IMG/VR virus record: IMGVR_UViG_3300032893_000157
Location: 1 to 39,056 of that record
Direction: 5' to 3' (one strand)
DNA: 39,056 bases
DNA from: a virus
Positions 31,996 through 39,056 of the stretch are shown here, in pieces. The position numbers and the translations under genes are program-made. The notes under the pieces are model-generated. The model had not been told where the DNA came from. It was given only the letters and a program-made list of their open reading frames with translations, and searched no databases. Position 1 is the stretch's first letter; each line of letters begins with the position of its first letter.

Positions 31996-32948
31996 TAAGC
32001 CGCCTCGTAACGAAACTCCACTGTTAGGGTATCACTAGTGGCCCAAGTCATCGGTACGCTTGAGCTAGCGGCCACATCTTTAACATTAGTGGCAACTTGT
32101 TGCGTCCAAGCTTTTGCAGTCGTAGTCGAAGCCCATAATGCCCTAATTGTAAAAGCGGTGGTAGCCGAGTCATCATAAGCCACCCCATAGCCTATACATT
32201 CACGATCAGCGGTATAGGAAACTGAAGTTACTGGTAGTGTGAAGGTGAGCGCACCGCTGACTGAACTGGTTGAGCCAAAAGTAAAAGCTGCTCGGCCAAA
32301 AACTAACTTACCGATTTGTTGGTAAGCTCCTGCTACTGAACCATTACCAGTTGAGAAGTTAGTCCAGGTAGGTGTATAAGAAGTGCTAGCAAAAGATGAA
32401 TCCGTGCCAATCTTAGTCGCTGTGACTGCACCAGAAGCTAATGCTGACGCACCGATCGTACCGCTAGAAACGGAAATACCATAGACAGTACCAGTGTTAG
32501 CCGAAGTGTGTCCGGCTACTGCGTCAACCGTGACAGTGGAGTTATCAATCGTACCGCCGGTGATAGTTGGCGAAGTTAATGTTTTATTAGTCAAAGTTTG
32601 AGTGGCAGCGGTAAGCACTAATGTACCGCTAGCATCAGGCACCGTTACAGTCCTAGTAGTTGATGTAGTGATGCCGGATAGCTGAAATTTAAGTTGTTTA
32701 GTCGTATCGCCATCGTCTTGCAAGGTGAATAGCGTATCTTTAACGGTAACTGTATTGGTATTATCAAGTGTCTTGTTGGTCAGGCTTTGGCTGTCTGAAG
32801 TCGAGACAACTGAGCCACTTGAAATACCTGAGATGTTATTAGGCGTTATGTAATAGTTAGCACCAGCTGAAGTATCAAGGATCTCTATTTTATCAGCTGT
32901 ACGGTCAACCGCTGGTATTGCCGTTAAATCGGATATTCTGCCTGCCAT
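31995..32948 (-). CDS. Tail fibre protein
   Basis: 317 aa. Repeated SLTNKTL and QTLTNKTLTSP motifs and T/S/G-rich beta repeats typical of phage fibres. Confidence 0.55.
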   Translation of the reverse strand: MAGRISDLTAIPAVDRTADKIEILDTSAGANYYITPNNISGISSGSVVSTSDSQSLTNKTLDNTNTVTVKDTLFTLQDDGDTTKQLKFQLSGITTSTTRTVTVPDASGTLVLTAATQTLTNKTLTSPTITGGTIDNSTVTVDAVAGHTSANTGTVYGISVSSGTIGASALASGAVTATKIGTDSSFASTSYTPTWTNFSTGNGSVAGAYQQIGKLVFGRAAFTFGSTSSVSGALTFTLPVTSVSYTADRECIGYGVAYDDSATTAFTIRALWASTTTAKAWTQQVATNVKDVAASSSVPMTWATSDTLTVEFRYEAA

Positions 32949-32950
32949 TG

Positions 32951-33136
32951 CTACTCCTTACTTGTCCACTGAGTCGGTGTCTTTGTTACAACAACCGAAT
33001 CATCTAGCACTCTGGTCGTACCATCCTCTTCTAGCCTAACCGTGCCATCTTCTAACTTCCTGGTTACACCAGCATTGTTAGTGTTAGTTGTGCCGGAATC
33101 GCTAGGCGTCCAAGTTGTTGCAACTTTATCGCTCAT
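32951..33136 (-). CDS. Small structural-module protein with EDGT-R repeats
   Basis: 61 aa; LEDGTVRLEEDGTTRVLDD. Confidence 0.45.
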   Translation of the reverse strand: MSDKVATTWTPSDSGTTNTNNAGVTRKLEDGTVRLEEDGTTRVLDDSVVVTKTPTQWTSKE

Positions 33137-33669
33137 TGGACTACCACATTAGCATCGAGTGTTAATGGTACCCACCTCAAGAAGTGCTGTAAAACCCCAG
33201 AGGTGGGCGTGTCGGTGGTGGCGTATTGATATTCAATATCGGTGTTAGCGCCAGTTTTCTTCATAACAACAAATGGTGTAAAGATATTAGTTTCTAGGGT
33301 AGTTGGTTCAGATACGCGGCCGGCTGCATTATCTAAGAGTGTTAAAGCAGCAGCGGCCAAACCCTTTTTGAGTATAGTGGTGCCGGCTGCTAGACCAGAG
33401 AGTGTCGCACCACTTGCGGTGATAGCAACCTGAGCCGTCTGGTCGTTGAGTCTGTATAGTCCGCCAGTATGATTAGCGCCTATGACTGTCGTAACTACCG
33501 CGTAAAGTGCGCGAACTTCAACTGTACCTGAGATTCTGAATAAAGGTGTGTTGACAGTTGTGTTATTGCCCGATAGAGTCTGGGATTTTGTACTGGTAAT
33601 CCCATAGTTGGTGTTTGTTATTACGATATTATTTGCGTCAAAATCTTGCGATACTGAGAAATTTGCCAT
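33133..33669 (-). CDS. Structural protein (178 aa), probably abundant
   Basis: Start moved to the ATG at 33669, behind AAGGAG. The track start at 33696 lies inside stem-loop H2. No motif recognised. Confidence 0.5.
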   Translation of the reverse strand: MANFSVSQDFDANNIVITNTNYGITSTKSQTLSGNNTTVNTPLFRISGTVEVRALYAVVTTVIGANHTGGLYRLNDQTAQVAITASGATLSGLAAGTTILKKGLAAAALTLLDNAAGRVSEPTTLETNIFTPFVVMKKTGANTDIEYQYATTDTPTSGVLQHFLRWVPLTLDANVVVQ

Positions 33670-33680
33670 AAAACTCCTTA

Positions 33681-33711
33681 AATAAAAAACTCTCACAAAA
33701 GCTGTGAGAGC
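33681..33711 (-). terminator. Conserved stem-loop + U-tract element H2
   Basis: Minus strand reads CTCTCACA-gcttt-TGTGAGAG (8-bp perfect stem) then TTTTTTATTTA, AAGGAG and ATG. Nearly identical to H1. Confidence 0.65.
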
Positions 33712-33731
33712 TGTTAATCGAATTATAGCAC

Positions 33732-34169
33732 TTATTGGGCGCGGTCTACAACGACAGGATCAATCTGAACCGGATCAACCTGTATCACCGCTGGTGTGGC
33801 TGTGGCTGCGCTAGCTATATCATCGGCCGTAATAATACCTTGGTCAACTAAGGCTTGGAAAAGAACAGCCGTATCGCCACTGAACTGGACTGATGGCGGT
33901 GTGGGCGCAACATAATCTGGCCGTGTAAAAGTATCAGTTTGAGCATCATAGGTGCCACCAGTTTCAGCGAAATTATCATCAACCACATCCTCTGGTACAG
34001 CAATTAACGTACAGTCGCCATAAAGATGTGGATTTCCGTCGTTATCGTAAACCTCACCATTTTTCATTAAGCCCCTAGGGTTAGTATCAGGATCGTACCA
34101 AGTGCCATCCCAAACAATTACACTAACGACGTTGCCATCCGAATCTATAACTGCATAATTTTGTTCCAT
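33732..34169 (-). CDS. Hypothetical protein (possible fibre assembly factor)
   Basis: 145 aa immediately after the Gly-rich fibre gene. N-terminus YAVIDSDGNVVSVIVWDG. Positional guess only. Confidence 0.3.
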   Translation of the reverse strand: MEQNYAVIDSDGNVVSVIVWDGTWYDPDTNPRGLMKNGEVYDNDGNPHLYGDCTLIAVPEDVVDDNFAETGGTYDAQTDTFTRPDYVAPTPPSVQFSGDTAVLFQALVDQGIITADDIASAATATPAVIQVDPVQIDPVVVDRAQ

Positions 34170-34170
34170 A

Positions 34171-35646
34171 CTACCTCCAGGTTATAACAAACACTACACC
34201 CTTACCACCATTGCCACCTTTACCCGATGTGCCAGTTGTGCCATTTGTAGTCCCAGCGCCGCCACCGCCGCCGCCACCGCCCCAAGTACCACCGTTGCCG
34301 CCTGCACCACCACCGGTAGTGTTAGCTCCAGGCGTACCAGCCATACCACCTGCACCACCCGAACCGCCAGTGTAAGAACTGGAGTTACTTGTGCCAGAGT
34401 TAGCTCCAGCGGGGCCGGTTGCACCTACTGTAGAGCTAAATTGACCACCGGTTAGGTTATTGGCACCCGTACTTATAGTGTAACCACCAGCATTACCGCC
34501 ATTGCCGCCAGGTGAACTGACATCAGTAACATTACTACTTGTTATGCCGGCACCTCCGCCACCACCACCAGGGCCATTAAGTGTCGATGAACCACTGCCG
34601 TTATCAGCAACACCGCCTACTCCGCCACTACCACCTAAAGCCGACCCTTGCAAATTACCTTCCAGTGTTAGATAACCGTAGTTATTATTACCACCCGCCC
34701 CTCCGATTGCATTGGTACCTGCACCACCTCCTTGACCGCCCGATACAGTCATATACGAACCTACAGTTGTAGAGGCTGGTGAAGCGCCAGCCGCACCGTT
34801 AATGGCTGCACCTGAGCGTGCTGCGCCACCATTACCACCCGCTGGAATCGTTATAGTTATTGTTGAGGTAAGATCAGACGCATCAAACCAAAGAGTTTGA
34901 GCTTGACCTGGCGCACCACCACCACCAGCGCCGCGTAGCGTGTTTACGGCACCTAATCGTCCTGAACCGCCACCGCCGCCAGAACCAAAGACTATAAATA
35001 ACACAGCCTGAGCATTAGCTGGCATAGTCCATGTACCCGACGATGTGAACTTCTGTACGTCTGTTTCTAGTCCAATTGTGGCTGTAGCGGCTGGCAGAGT
35101 CAGCGTACCGGAAGCTGTGTTGTTAGACTTTAGGGTAGTAGCCCCTGAAGTAGAGCCTTGGAAAGCTATTGCACCTGTTAAGGTACCAGCTAAGCCGATG
35201 TTCATGCCGGCAGCGGTAAACCTAGCTACTTCGTTAGCCGTTAAGAGTCCGCCGGCAGCAAATTTAATAACCTTACCTGGCGTACCGGTGGCTATATTGA
35301 TATTGCCAATATTATTACTGCCGCCCGTAAATATGTAAGGATCGTTAGGCGCGAATAAAGTGTTAAAAGGATTGGCATTATTTGACCCGTTTACTCCGAT
35401 ATCGAAGTAGGCTAAAGCATCCGTTGCGCCATTTACCCAGTCAGTGTTCCTATTACCCATCACTATATCGGTACTGGTGTAGGGTCCATTGCCTAGGTTT
35501 TGTACCCAAGGACCAAAGTAGTCGTTGTGCTCATCAGTTAAGCTAAATATATTCTCTATTGAGGTAGAGATAGTAGTCGGACCAATACTAAGACCGCCCA
35601 TCCTGCCGATCGTGGGCTTAAGACCAGGTATAAGCCCATTATTCAT
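34171..35646 (-). CDS. Glycine-rich tail fibre-like protein
   Basis: 491 aa. The C-terminal roughly 290 aa consist of GGxGG-type runs (GGGGGSG, GGNGGAA, GGSGGVGG, GGGGGGGGAG) and end KGVVFVITWR. Confidence 0.5.
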   Translation of the reverse strand: MNNGLIPGLKPTIGRMGGLSIGPTTISTSIENIFSLTDEHNDYFGPWVQNLGNGPYTSTDIVMGNRNTDWVNGATDALAYFDIGVNGSNNANPFNTLFAPNDPYIFTGGSNNIGNINIATGTPGKVIKFAAGGLLTANEVARFTAAGMNIGLAGTLTGAIAFQGSTSGATTLKSNNTASGTLTLPAATATIGLETDVQKFTSSGTWTMPANAQAVLFIVFGSGGGGGSGRLGAVNTLRGAGGGGAPGQAQTLWFDASDLTSTITITIPAGGNGGAARSGAAINGAAGASPASTTVGSYMTVSGGQGGGAGTNAIGGAGGNNNYGYLTLEGNLQGSALGGSGGVGGVADNGSGSSTLNGPGGGGGGAGITSSNVTDVSSPGGNGGNAGGYTISTGANNLTGGQFSSTVGATGPAGANSGTSNSSSYTGGSGGAGGMAGTPGANTTGGGAGGNGGTWGGGGGGGGAGTTNGTTGTSGKGGNGGKGVVFVITWR

Positions 35647-36039
35647 CTAAAAGTCTGCTCCAAATGCGGTTACTTTAATTAGGGATTGATCGCCCGCCAC
35701 AGTTATGGTCACAACTAGAGTGTCACCACTTTTCAAGAATAGATTGAAGTATCGTTTAGTATTAAAGTAGGCTGTTGCGGTTGTCGAAGAGGTTACAGCC
35801 GAAACTGCAAACTGATCAATTAAATGATAGGTTGCGCCATCATAACGAAAAATATTTAAATTGGCAGCTACCGTTGTGCCGACGCCTATAGCGGTAATCT
35901 CTTCAATCTTAGAACCATTTGCTCCGGCTGTTAAAACAGTTGATACGTGAGTTGGAGCTGTTAATGAAGTATCTAAAGTAGAGGGCACTAAAGCGCTACC
36001 TACATTTACGGTTGTTGCGAAGGCTGGGGTACTAGCCAT
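35647..36039 (-). CDS. Structural-module protein (130 aa)
   Basis: T/A/S-rich beta-type ORF with adjacent stop/start to the fibre gene. Confidence 0.45.
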   Translation of the reverse strand: MASTPAFATTVNVGSALVPSTLDTSLTAPTHVSTVLTAGANGSKIEEITAIGVGTTVAANLNIFRYDGATYHLIDQFAVSAVTSSTTATAYFNTKRYFNLFLKSGDTLVVTITVAGDQSLIKVTAFGADF

Positions 36040-36193
36040 TCTTTTTCTCCTTTAATTTAAGTCTTCTTGCCTTATGATAGTGATACTCACAAATCGTGCC
36101 TCTGGGCCTTGCGGTTTTTTGAATACAAGGCTTATTATCATCGCCGCCGCAGCCAGCGAATTGATCTAAAGGTACTTTATCTATTGCCGCCAT
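36032..36193 (-). CDS. Small Cys/His-containing basic protein (53 aa), absent from the ORF track
   Basis: Sequence MAAIDKVPLDQFAGCGGDDNKPCIQKTARPRGTICEYHYHKARRLKLKEKKNG. Its 3' end overlaps the next ATG at 36039. Confidence 0.45.
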   Translation of the reverse strand: MAAIDKVPLDQFAGCGGDDNKPCIQKTARPRGTICEYHYHKARRLKLKEKKNG

Positions 36194-36195
36194 GA

Positions 36196-36456
36196 TTACC
36201 TCAACTGTTGCCTTAATAATAGCAAATTGTTATATAGCACATTGGTATCGACGTAGTTCTTAGTGGCAGCGTCCTGTGCTGAGGTAGGATTGGTCACAGA
36301 GGTTAGTTTGTGATTGATAGCCGTGTCACCAGATAAATGCAGATTGACTACTTGAGGGCTGGCCGCTGTATTGCCTAAATCGCCAGTTAGTTCAAGCTTG
36401 CCTTTAACTGTGCTGGTTGCATCCGGTGTATTGGAGGTGCCTTGTGTTCTAGCCAT
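36196..36456 (-). CDS. Fibre-related small protein
   Basis: 86 aa. SAQDAATKNYVD is a motif common in phage fibre N-terminal regions. Confidence 0.45.
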   Translation of the reverse strand: MARTQGTSNTPDATSTVKGKLELTGDLGNTAASPQVVNLHLSGDTAINHKLTSVTNPTSAQDAATKNYVDTNVLYNNLLLLRQQLR

Positions 36457-36457
36457 A

Positions 36458-37327
36458 TTAGCCTACCGCAATGTAGCTTACGCCTTCGCCGTTAACTGCT
36501 GAATCAATGTTAACAGTATTCAAATTGGCCACATCCATGCTGATTGAATCGCCAGCCGACAATTGATAACCATTCGATGAAGCCACACTTGAATTGCCAA
36601 CATAAATTAAACCGGTGTTAGAAGATAGCGCTTTAATAGTGACGGATTGGACAGCTTGCGACGAAGCTAAAACTACTCTTGTACCAGCCGTGGTAACAGT
36701 CGTCTTACCGCTATAAATTGACGGCGGTGCGACTGGTGTGTTCTGAACAGCGAATGTACCACCATTGCTTACCGGAAATGTGGTTATCTGATTACCTGTG
36801 CCGTTTACAATTTGAACCGGGGCTGCATATGACTGATTAACAGCTGGCACTACAAAACTATCAATTGTATTACTGTTTTCATCTGCAAGTGCGACAACGC
36901 CAGCATTAGACGTGCCAAAATTTAGCACGCTCATAACAGTGCCAGTACCACCATCGACAATGCCAACTCTTGATGAACCGTCAGCTAATTGCGTACTAAT
37001 AGATTGTAAATAACCACCCGACTCTTTGGCGGCGTTGGTAGGTAGCGTGATCGTACCATTTATATCAGTGATGATCATCGTACTGTCACTAGATACAGAA
37101 ACTCTTTGAGTGCCCAGACCTGCTGTACCAGTCCCGACATCAACAGTGATACCATTAACCTCAGCTAAATTAACATCGCCGACACCACCACCGCTGCTGT
37201 TAGTTATAAGCTCATGTGTCGTTGGATCGGCCCATAATGAAACTGGTGAAACGCCATCAGCATTAGAAACAGCTATCAAACTGAATTGATTGTTGACGTC
37301 GGTTCGTGCTCTATCTGGTGCTGCCAT
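36458..37327 (-). CDS. Structural protein (289 aa), probably abundant
   Basis: Beta-rich G/T/S/V-rich ORF whose ATG directly follows the U-tract of element H4. Confidence 0.5.
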   Translation of the reverse strand: MAAPDRARTDVNNQFSLIAVSNADGVSPVSLWADPTTHELITNSSGGGVGDVNLAEVNGITVDVGTGTAGLGTQRVSVSSDSTMIITDINGTITLPTNAAKESGGYLQSISTQLADGSSRVGIVDGGTGTVMSVLNFGTSNAGVVALADENSNTIDSFVVPAVNQSYAAPVQIVNGTGNQITTFPVSNGGTFAVQNTPVAPPSIYSGKTTVTTAGTRVVLASSQAVQSVTIKALSSNTGLIYVGNSSVASSNGYQLSAGDSISMDVANLNTVNIDSAVNGEGVSYIAVG

Positions 37328-37358
37328 AAATAAAAAAACTGCACTGTTAGCTGTGCAG
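37328..37358 (-). terminator. Conserved stem-loop + U-tract element H4
   Basis: Minus strand reads CTGCAC-agctaaca-GTGCAG then TTTTTTTATTT directly abutting the ATG at 37327. Shares the 5' flank TAACGGCT with H3. Confidence 0.55.
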
Positions 37359-37375
37359 CCGTTACCTCAAGTATA

Positions 37376-38176
37376 TCATTGTGGCGGCAAAAAAGACTTG
37401 ATTGGTGGCTTCATAGCTTCTCGCTCAGCAATATTTTGCTCTCTAGCTTGTAGTTCTTGGTCTTTAGCGCTTAATGCTCGCCAGGCACGCTCTTCATAGT
37501 CTTTAAACGCCTTATTCTGGCGGTGTAAGGCTAGATTTTCGTCAATTAGTTCATTCTTTAGGGCATGTTTACTCGATACTTCGTCATTTAAGCGCTGTAA
37601 TTCGCCTGAGAGCTTAGTTTGTTCAAGTTTAGTCGCTTCTGCCTGGGCAGATAGGACTTGAACTTGCTCAGCTACCTCTGTTTTGCGTTTTTCTAGCTCA
37701 GCATCAATCAATTCACGCTCGTTTCTGGCTTCAGTGATCTTTTTCTTAATCCCGTTAAGCGTTTTGTTGGCTTCAGCTTGCTTACCAACCAGTAAATCGA
37801 TGGCTTCTTTGATCCTAACCATCGCATCAGTCTTGTATTGAGCCATTTCCTGATCAACTTCAGCTTTGCGGTCGTCCAACTGACCCTCAAAGGCTAGTAT
37901 CTGGTTATTGATGTCAGCCAGTTCCTTATTACGGTCGCCAATTTCTCTGGCTAGCGCATTAGCAGATCGTTGTAATAAAGACTGCGACTTCTCTAGCTTA
38001 TCTATCTCGGCTCGGATCTCAGTCGCTCGCTTTTCCCAGATAGAAACCTGTTTAGTCAGCGCAAATTTACGAGCTTCTTTGTTCTGTAAGAAGCGCTGGA
38101 TTGCAGCTTTTTCACTCCGCCAACGAACTTGATCACGTTCAAGCTCGGCACGTTGCTTCTTTAGCTCTTCATTCAC
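37376..38176 (-). CDS. Coiled-coil protein (266 aa)
   Basis: Heptad-like E/K/Q/L/A-rich sequence throughout. Confidence 0.55.
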   Translation of the reverse strand: MNEELKKQRAELERDQVRWRSEKAAIQRFLQNKEARKFALTKQVSIWEKRATEIRAEIDKLEKSQSLLQRSANALAREIGDRNKELADINNQILAFEGQLDDRKAEVDQEMAQYKTDAMVRIKEAIDLLVGKQAEANKTLNGIKKKITEARNERELIDAELEKRKTEVAEQVQVLSAQAEATKLEQTKLSGELQRLNDEVSSKHALKNELIDENLALHRQNKAFKDYEERAWRALSAKDQELQAREQNIAEREAMKPPIKSFLPPQ

Positions 38177-38850
38177 AGCATTGAGGCGGCTTTTTGGTAA
38201 TCAGCCACACTCACAAGCTTGCCGTCCTTGTAATATTGTTTGCCGCCCTTAACATTGGTTATCATCTTGTAATTTGAGCCATCATACTCAAAAGACTTCT
38301 CGCTTGGTTCGGCTACCAAAGGCTTCTCTGGCTCTGGTATTGGTTGTACATCAGGTGCGGCTGGCGGTGCCTGCGGCAAGACATCTCTAGCTCGTTCCAT
38401 ATTCTGTTGCCAAGGTGGTGTTTCGTTATCAGCTGGTTGATAGGTGCCAGGCACAACATTCTTAAGATATTCCGGTACGTTTGGCCCTGTTTCCTGGACT
38501 AGCGATCTGACGCCAACAATTAATTGATCGTAGTAAAGTTTACGAAGCGCTGGATCGGTCATATAGGCTAACTTATCTTCATTCTGAGCCATGATCTTGC
38601 TCATTTGATCTAGGTAAAGATTAGCGATTGGCCCAGGAAATTCAGCCGTTTCACCGGCTCTAATCAAGAAGTGGCGCATCTCTACCATAAATGGAAAGTC
38701 TTTGTTGACCGGCTCACCTTGCCCACCTTCGCGATACCACGGTGGATTGATAACCTCCACCATCTGTAAAGAATTAAACCAATATTGATCGTTAAACTCT
38801 TTATTACTCAATTGCGTAAATTGCACTGAGTTGGCTGGTGTTTGATCCAT
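38173..38850 (-). CDS. Hypothetical protein (225 aa), first gene after the junction terminator
   Basis: ORF with AGAGGG 6 nt upstream of the ATG. Pro-rich linker (QAPPAAPDVQPIPEPEKP). Confidence 0.55.
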   Translation of the reverse strand: MDQTPANSVQFTQLSNKEFNDQYWFNSLQMVEVINPPWYREGGQGEPVNKDFPFMVEMRHFLIRAGETAEFPGPIANLYLDQMSKIMAQNEDKLAYMTDPALRKLYYDQLIVGVRSLVQETGPNVPEYLKNVVPGTYQPADNETPPWQQNMERARDVLPQAPPAAPDVQPIPEPEKPLVAEPSEKSFEYDGSNYKMITNVKGGKQYYKDGKLVSVADYQKAASML

Positions 38851-38879
38851 GACTACCCTCTAGCGGCCGTGCGCTGTTA

Positions 38880-38908
38880 ATTATATGCACATTGTAGCAT
38901 ACAAAAAA
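38880..38908 (-). promoter_or_regulatory. Possible promoter upstream of 38850 (perfect -10 only)
   Basis: Minus strand has TATAAT (38885..38880) but only a T-rich -35 region. Confidence 0.25.
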
Positions 38909-38933
38909 GGCGCGGAGGTGGTGCGCCCTTTTT
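38903..38933. terminator. Bidirectional-looking intrinsic terminator after the glycosyltransferase gene (across the circular junction)
   Basis: AAAAAA, then GGCGC-ggaggtggt-GCGCC, then C and TTTTT. GC-rich 5-6 bp stem flanked by an A-run and a T-run. Confidence 0.55.
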
Positions 38934-39056
38934 GCGACTAACTGAGGCCCTTATGACCACACATATTATACCATTAAGCAACAGCATGTCCAATATGTCC
39001 TATCTTGATTGTTGGATTACACCAGATCTCAAAACCGGCTTTATCTGCTTTAATAC
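38930..39056. repeat. Terminal direct repeat, copy 2 (exact copy of 1-127)
   Basis: Identical to the first 127 nt. Carries a duplicate of the 3' end of the glycosyltransferase gene, not a second gene. Confidence 0.9.

Noticed and set aside
724-34424. Minus-strand alternative-frame ORFs nested in larger genes: 724-939, 1006-1206, 1694-1897, 5111-5317, 5618-5986, 12643-12834, 26960-27166, 27349-27666, 27712-27954, 30651-30851, 34194-34424, 37708-37890 and 22406-22606.
   Set aside because: Each lies wholly or largely inside a longer ORF in another frame that has the better functional or positional support. Their sequences are low-complexity or Leu/Arg-rich, typical of off-frame translation.
1716-37499. 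All plus-strand track ORFs lying inside minus-strand genes, for example 1716-1964, 2070-2279, 2958-3161, 3916-4152, 4306-4527, 5625-5891, 13053-13250, 14336-14605, 14924-15244, 18355-18663, 23329-23631, 26674-26958, 35045-35338, 37290-37499 and 37908-38132.
   Set aside because: They are antisense shadows of longer, motif-bearing or tightly coupled minus-strand genes. Their composition is odd (Ser/Leu/Cys-rich), they lack ribosome-binding sites, and none gives a recognisable motif.
38974-39056. Apparent truncated second copy of the glycosyltransferase 3' end at the window edge.
   Set aside because: It is part of the 127-bp terminal overlap of the circular assembly, not a separate gene or pseudogene.
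1-39056. Lysogeny module, stop-codon reassignment or alternative genetic code.
   Set aside because: No integrase, recombinase or repressor-type motifs were recognised. Long uninterrupted ORFs are obtained with the standard bacterial code, and all three stop codons terminate well-supported genes.

Overview
The window is one complete, circularly closed genome of a tailed phage. Bases 1-127 recur exactly at 38930-39056, so the unique length is 38,929 bp. GC looks mid-40s % by eye (not computed).

About 75 tightly packed genes are present, many with ATGA or TAATG stop/start overlaps. Nearly all lie on the minus strand in one continuous direction: 18981 down to 45, across the junction, then 38850 down to 20730. 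A short plus-strand operon (19125-19824, possibly to 20519) starts from a consensus sigma70-type promoter placed back to back with the minus-strand early promoter.

Modules recognised by eye:
- Early/DNA-metabolism block, 12.2-19.0 kb: two HTH proteins, a Rad52-like annealase candidate, a DGQHR/ParB-like protein, a HIT-like protein coupled to a SAM methyltransferase, an HNH endonuclease and a ParB-domain DNA methyltransferase.
- Packaging: TerS, then a TerL split into two ORFs by a +1 frame change.
- A free-standing HNH-AP2 homing endonuclease.
- A GroES-like / 83-aa / GroEL-like cassette.
- Head genes: portal, scaffold, major capsid protein (TTG start), two Thr/Ser/Gly-rich capsid-module proteins and a GT2-like glycosyltransferase.
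- Tail and fibre genes, 28.4-38.9 kb, in a podovirus-like order: adaptor-like, nozzle-like, then large Ala/Gln-rich internal-type proteins.
- A run of small basic proteins, then a lysis cassette (CHAP+SH3b endolysin flanked by four small membrane proteins) and a papain-like peptidase.

I saw no tRNA, CRISPR array, integrase, DNA polymerase, helicase or primase. TAA, TAG and TGA all act as stops.

The most notable items are:
- the phage chaperonin/co-chaperonin cassette;
- the HIT + methyltransferase pair;
- a roughly 900-bp ORF-poor, repeat- and hairpin-dense region at the convergence point (19825-20729);
- a family of four sequence-related stem-loop/U-tract elements directly upstream of major structural genes;
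- a glycosyltransferase next to Ser/Thr-rich capsid-module proteins;
- a KGY motif recurring in consecutive small basic proteins;
- the split terminase.

All functional calls come from motif recognition by eye, not from database searches.
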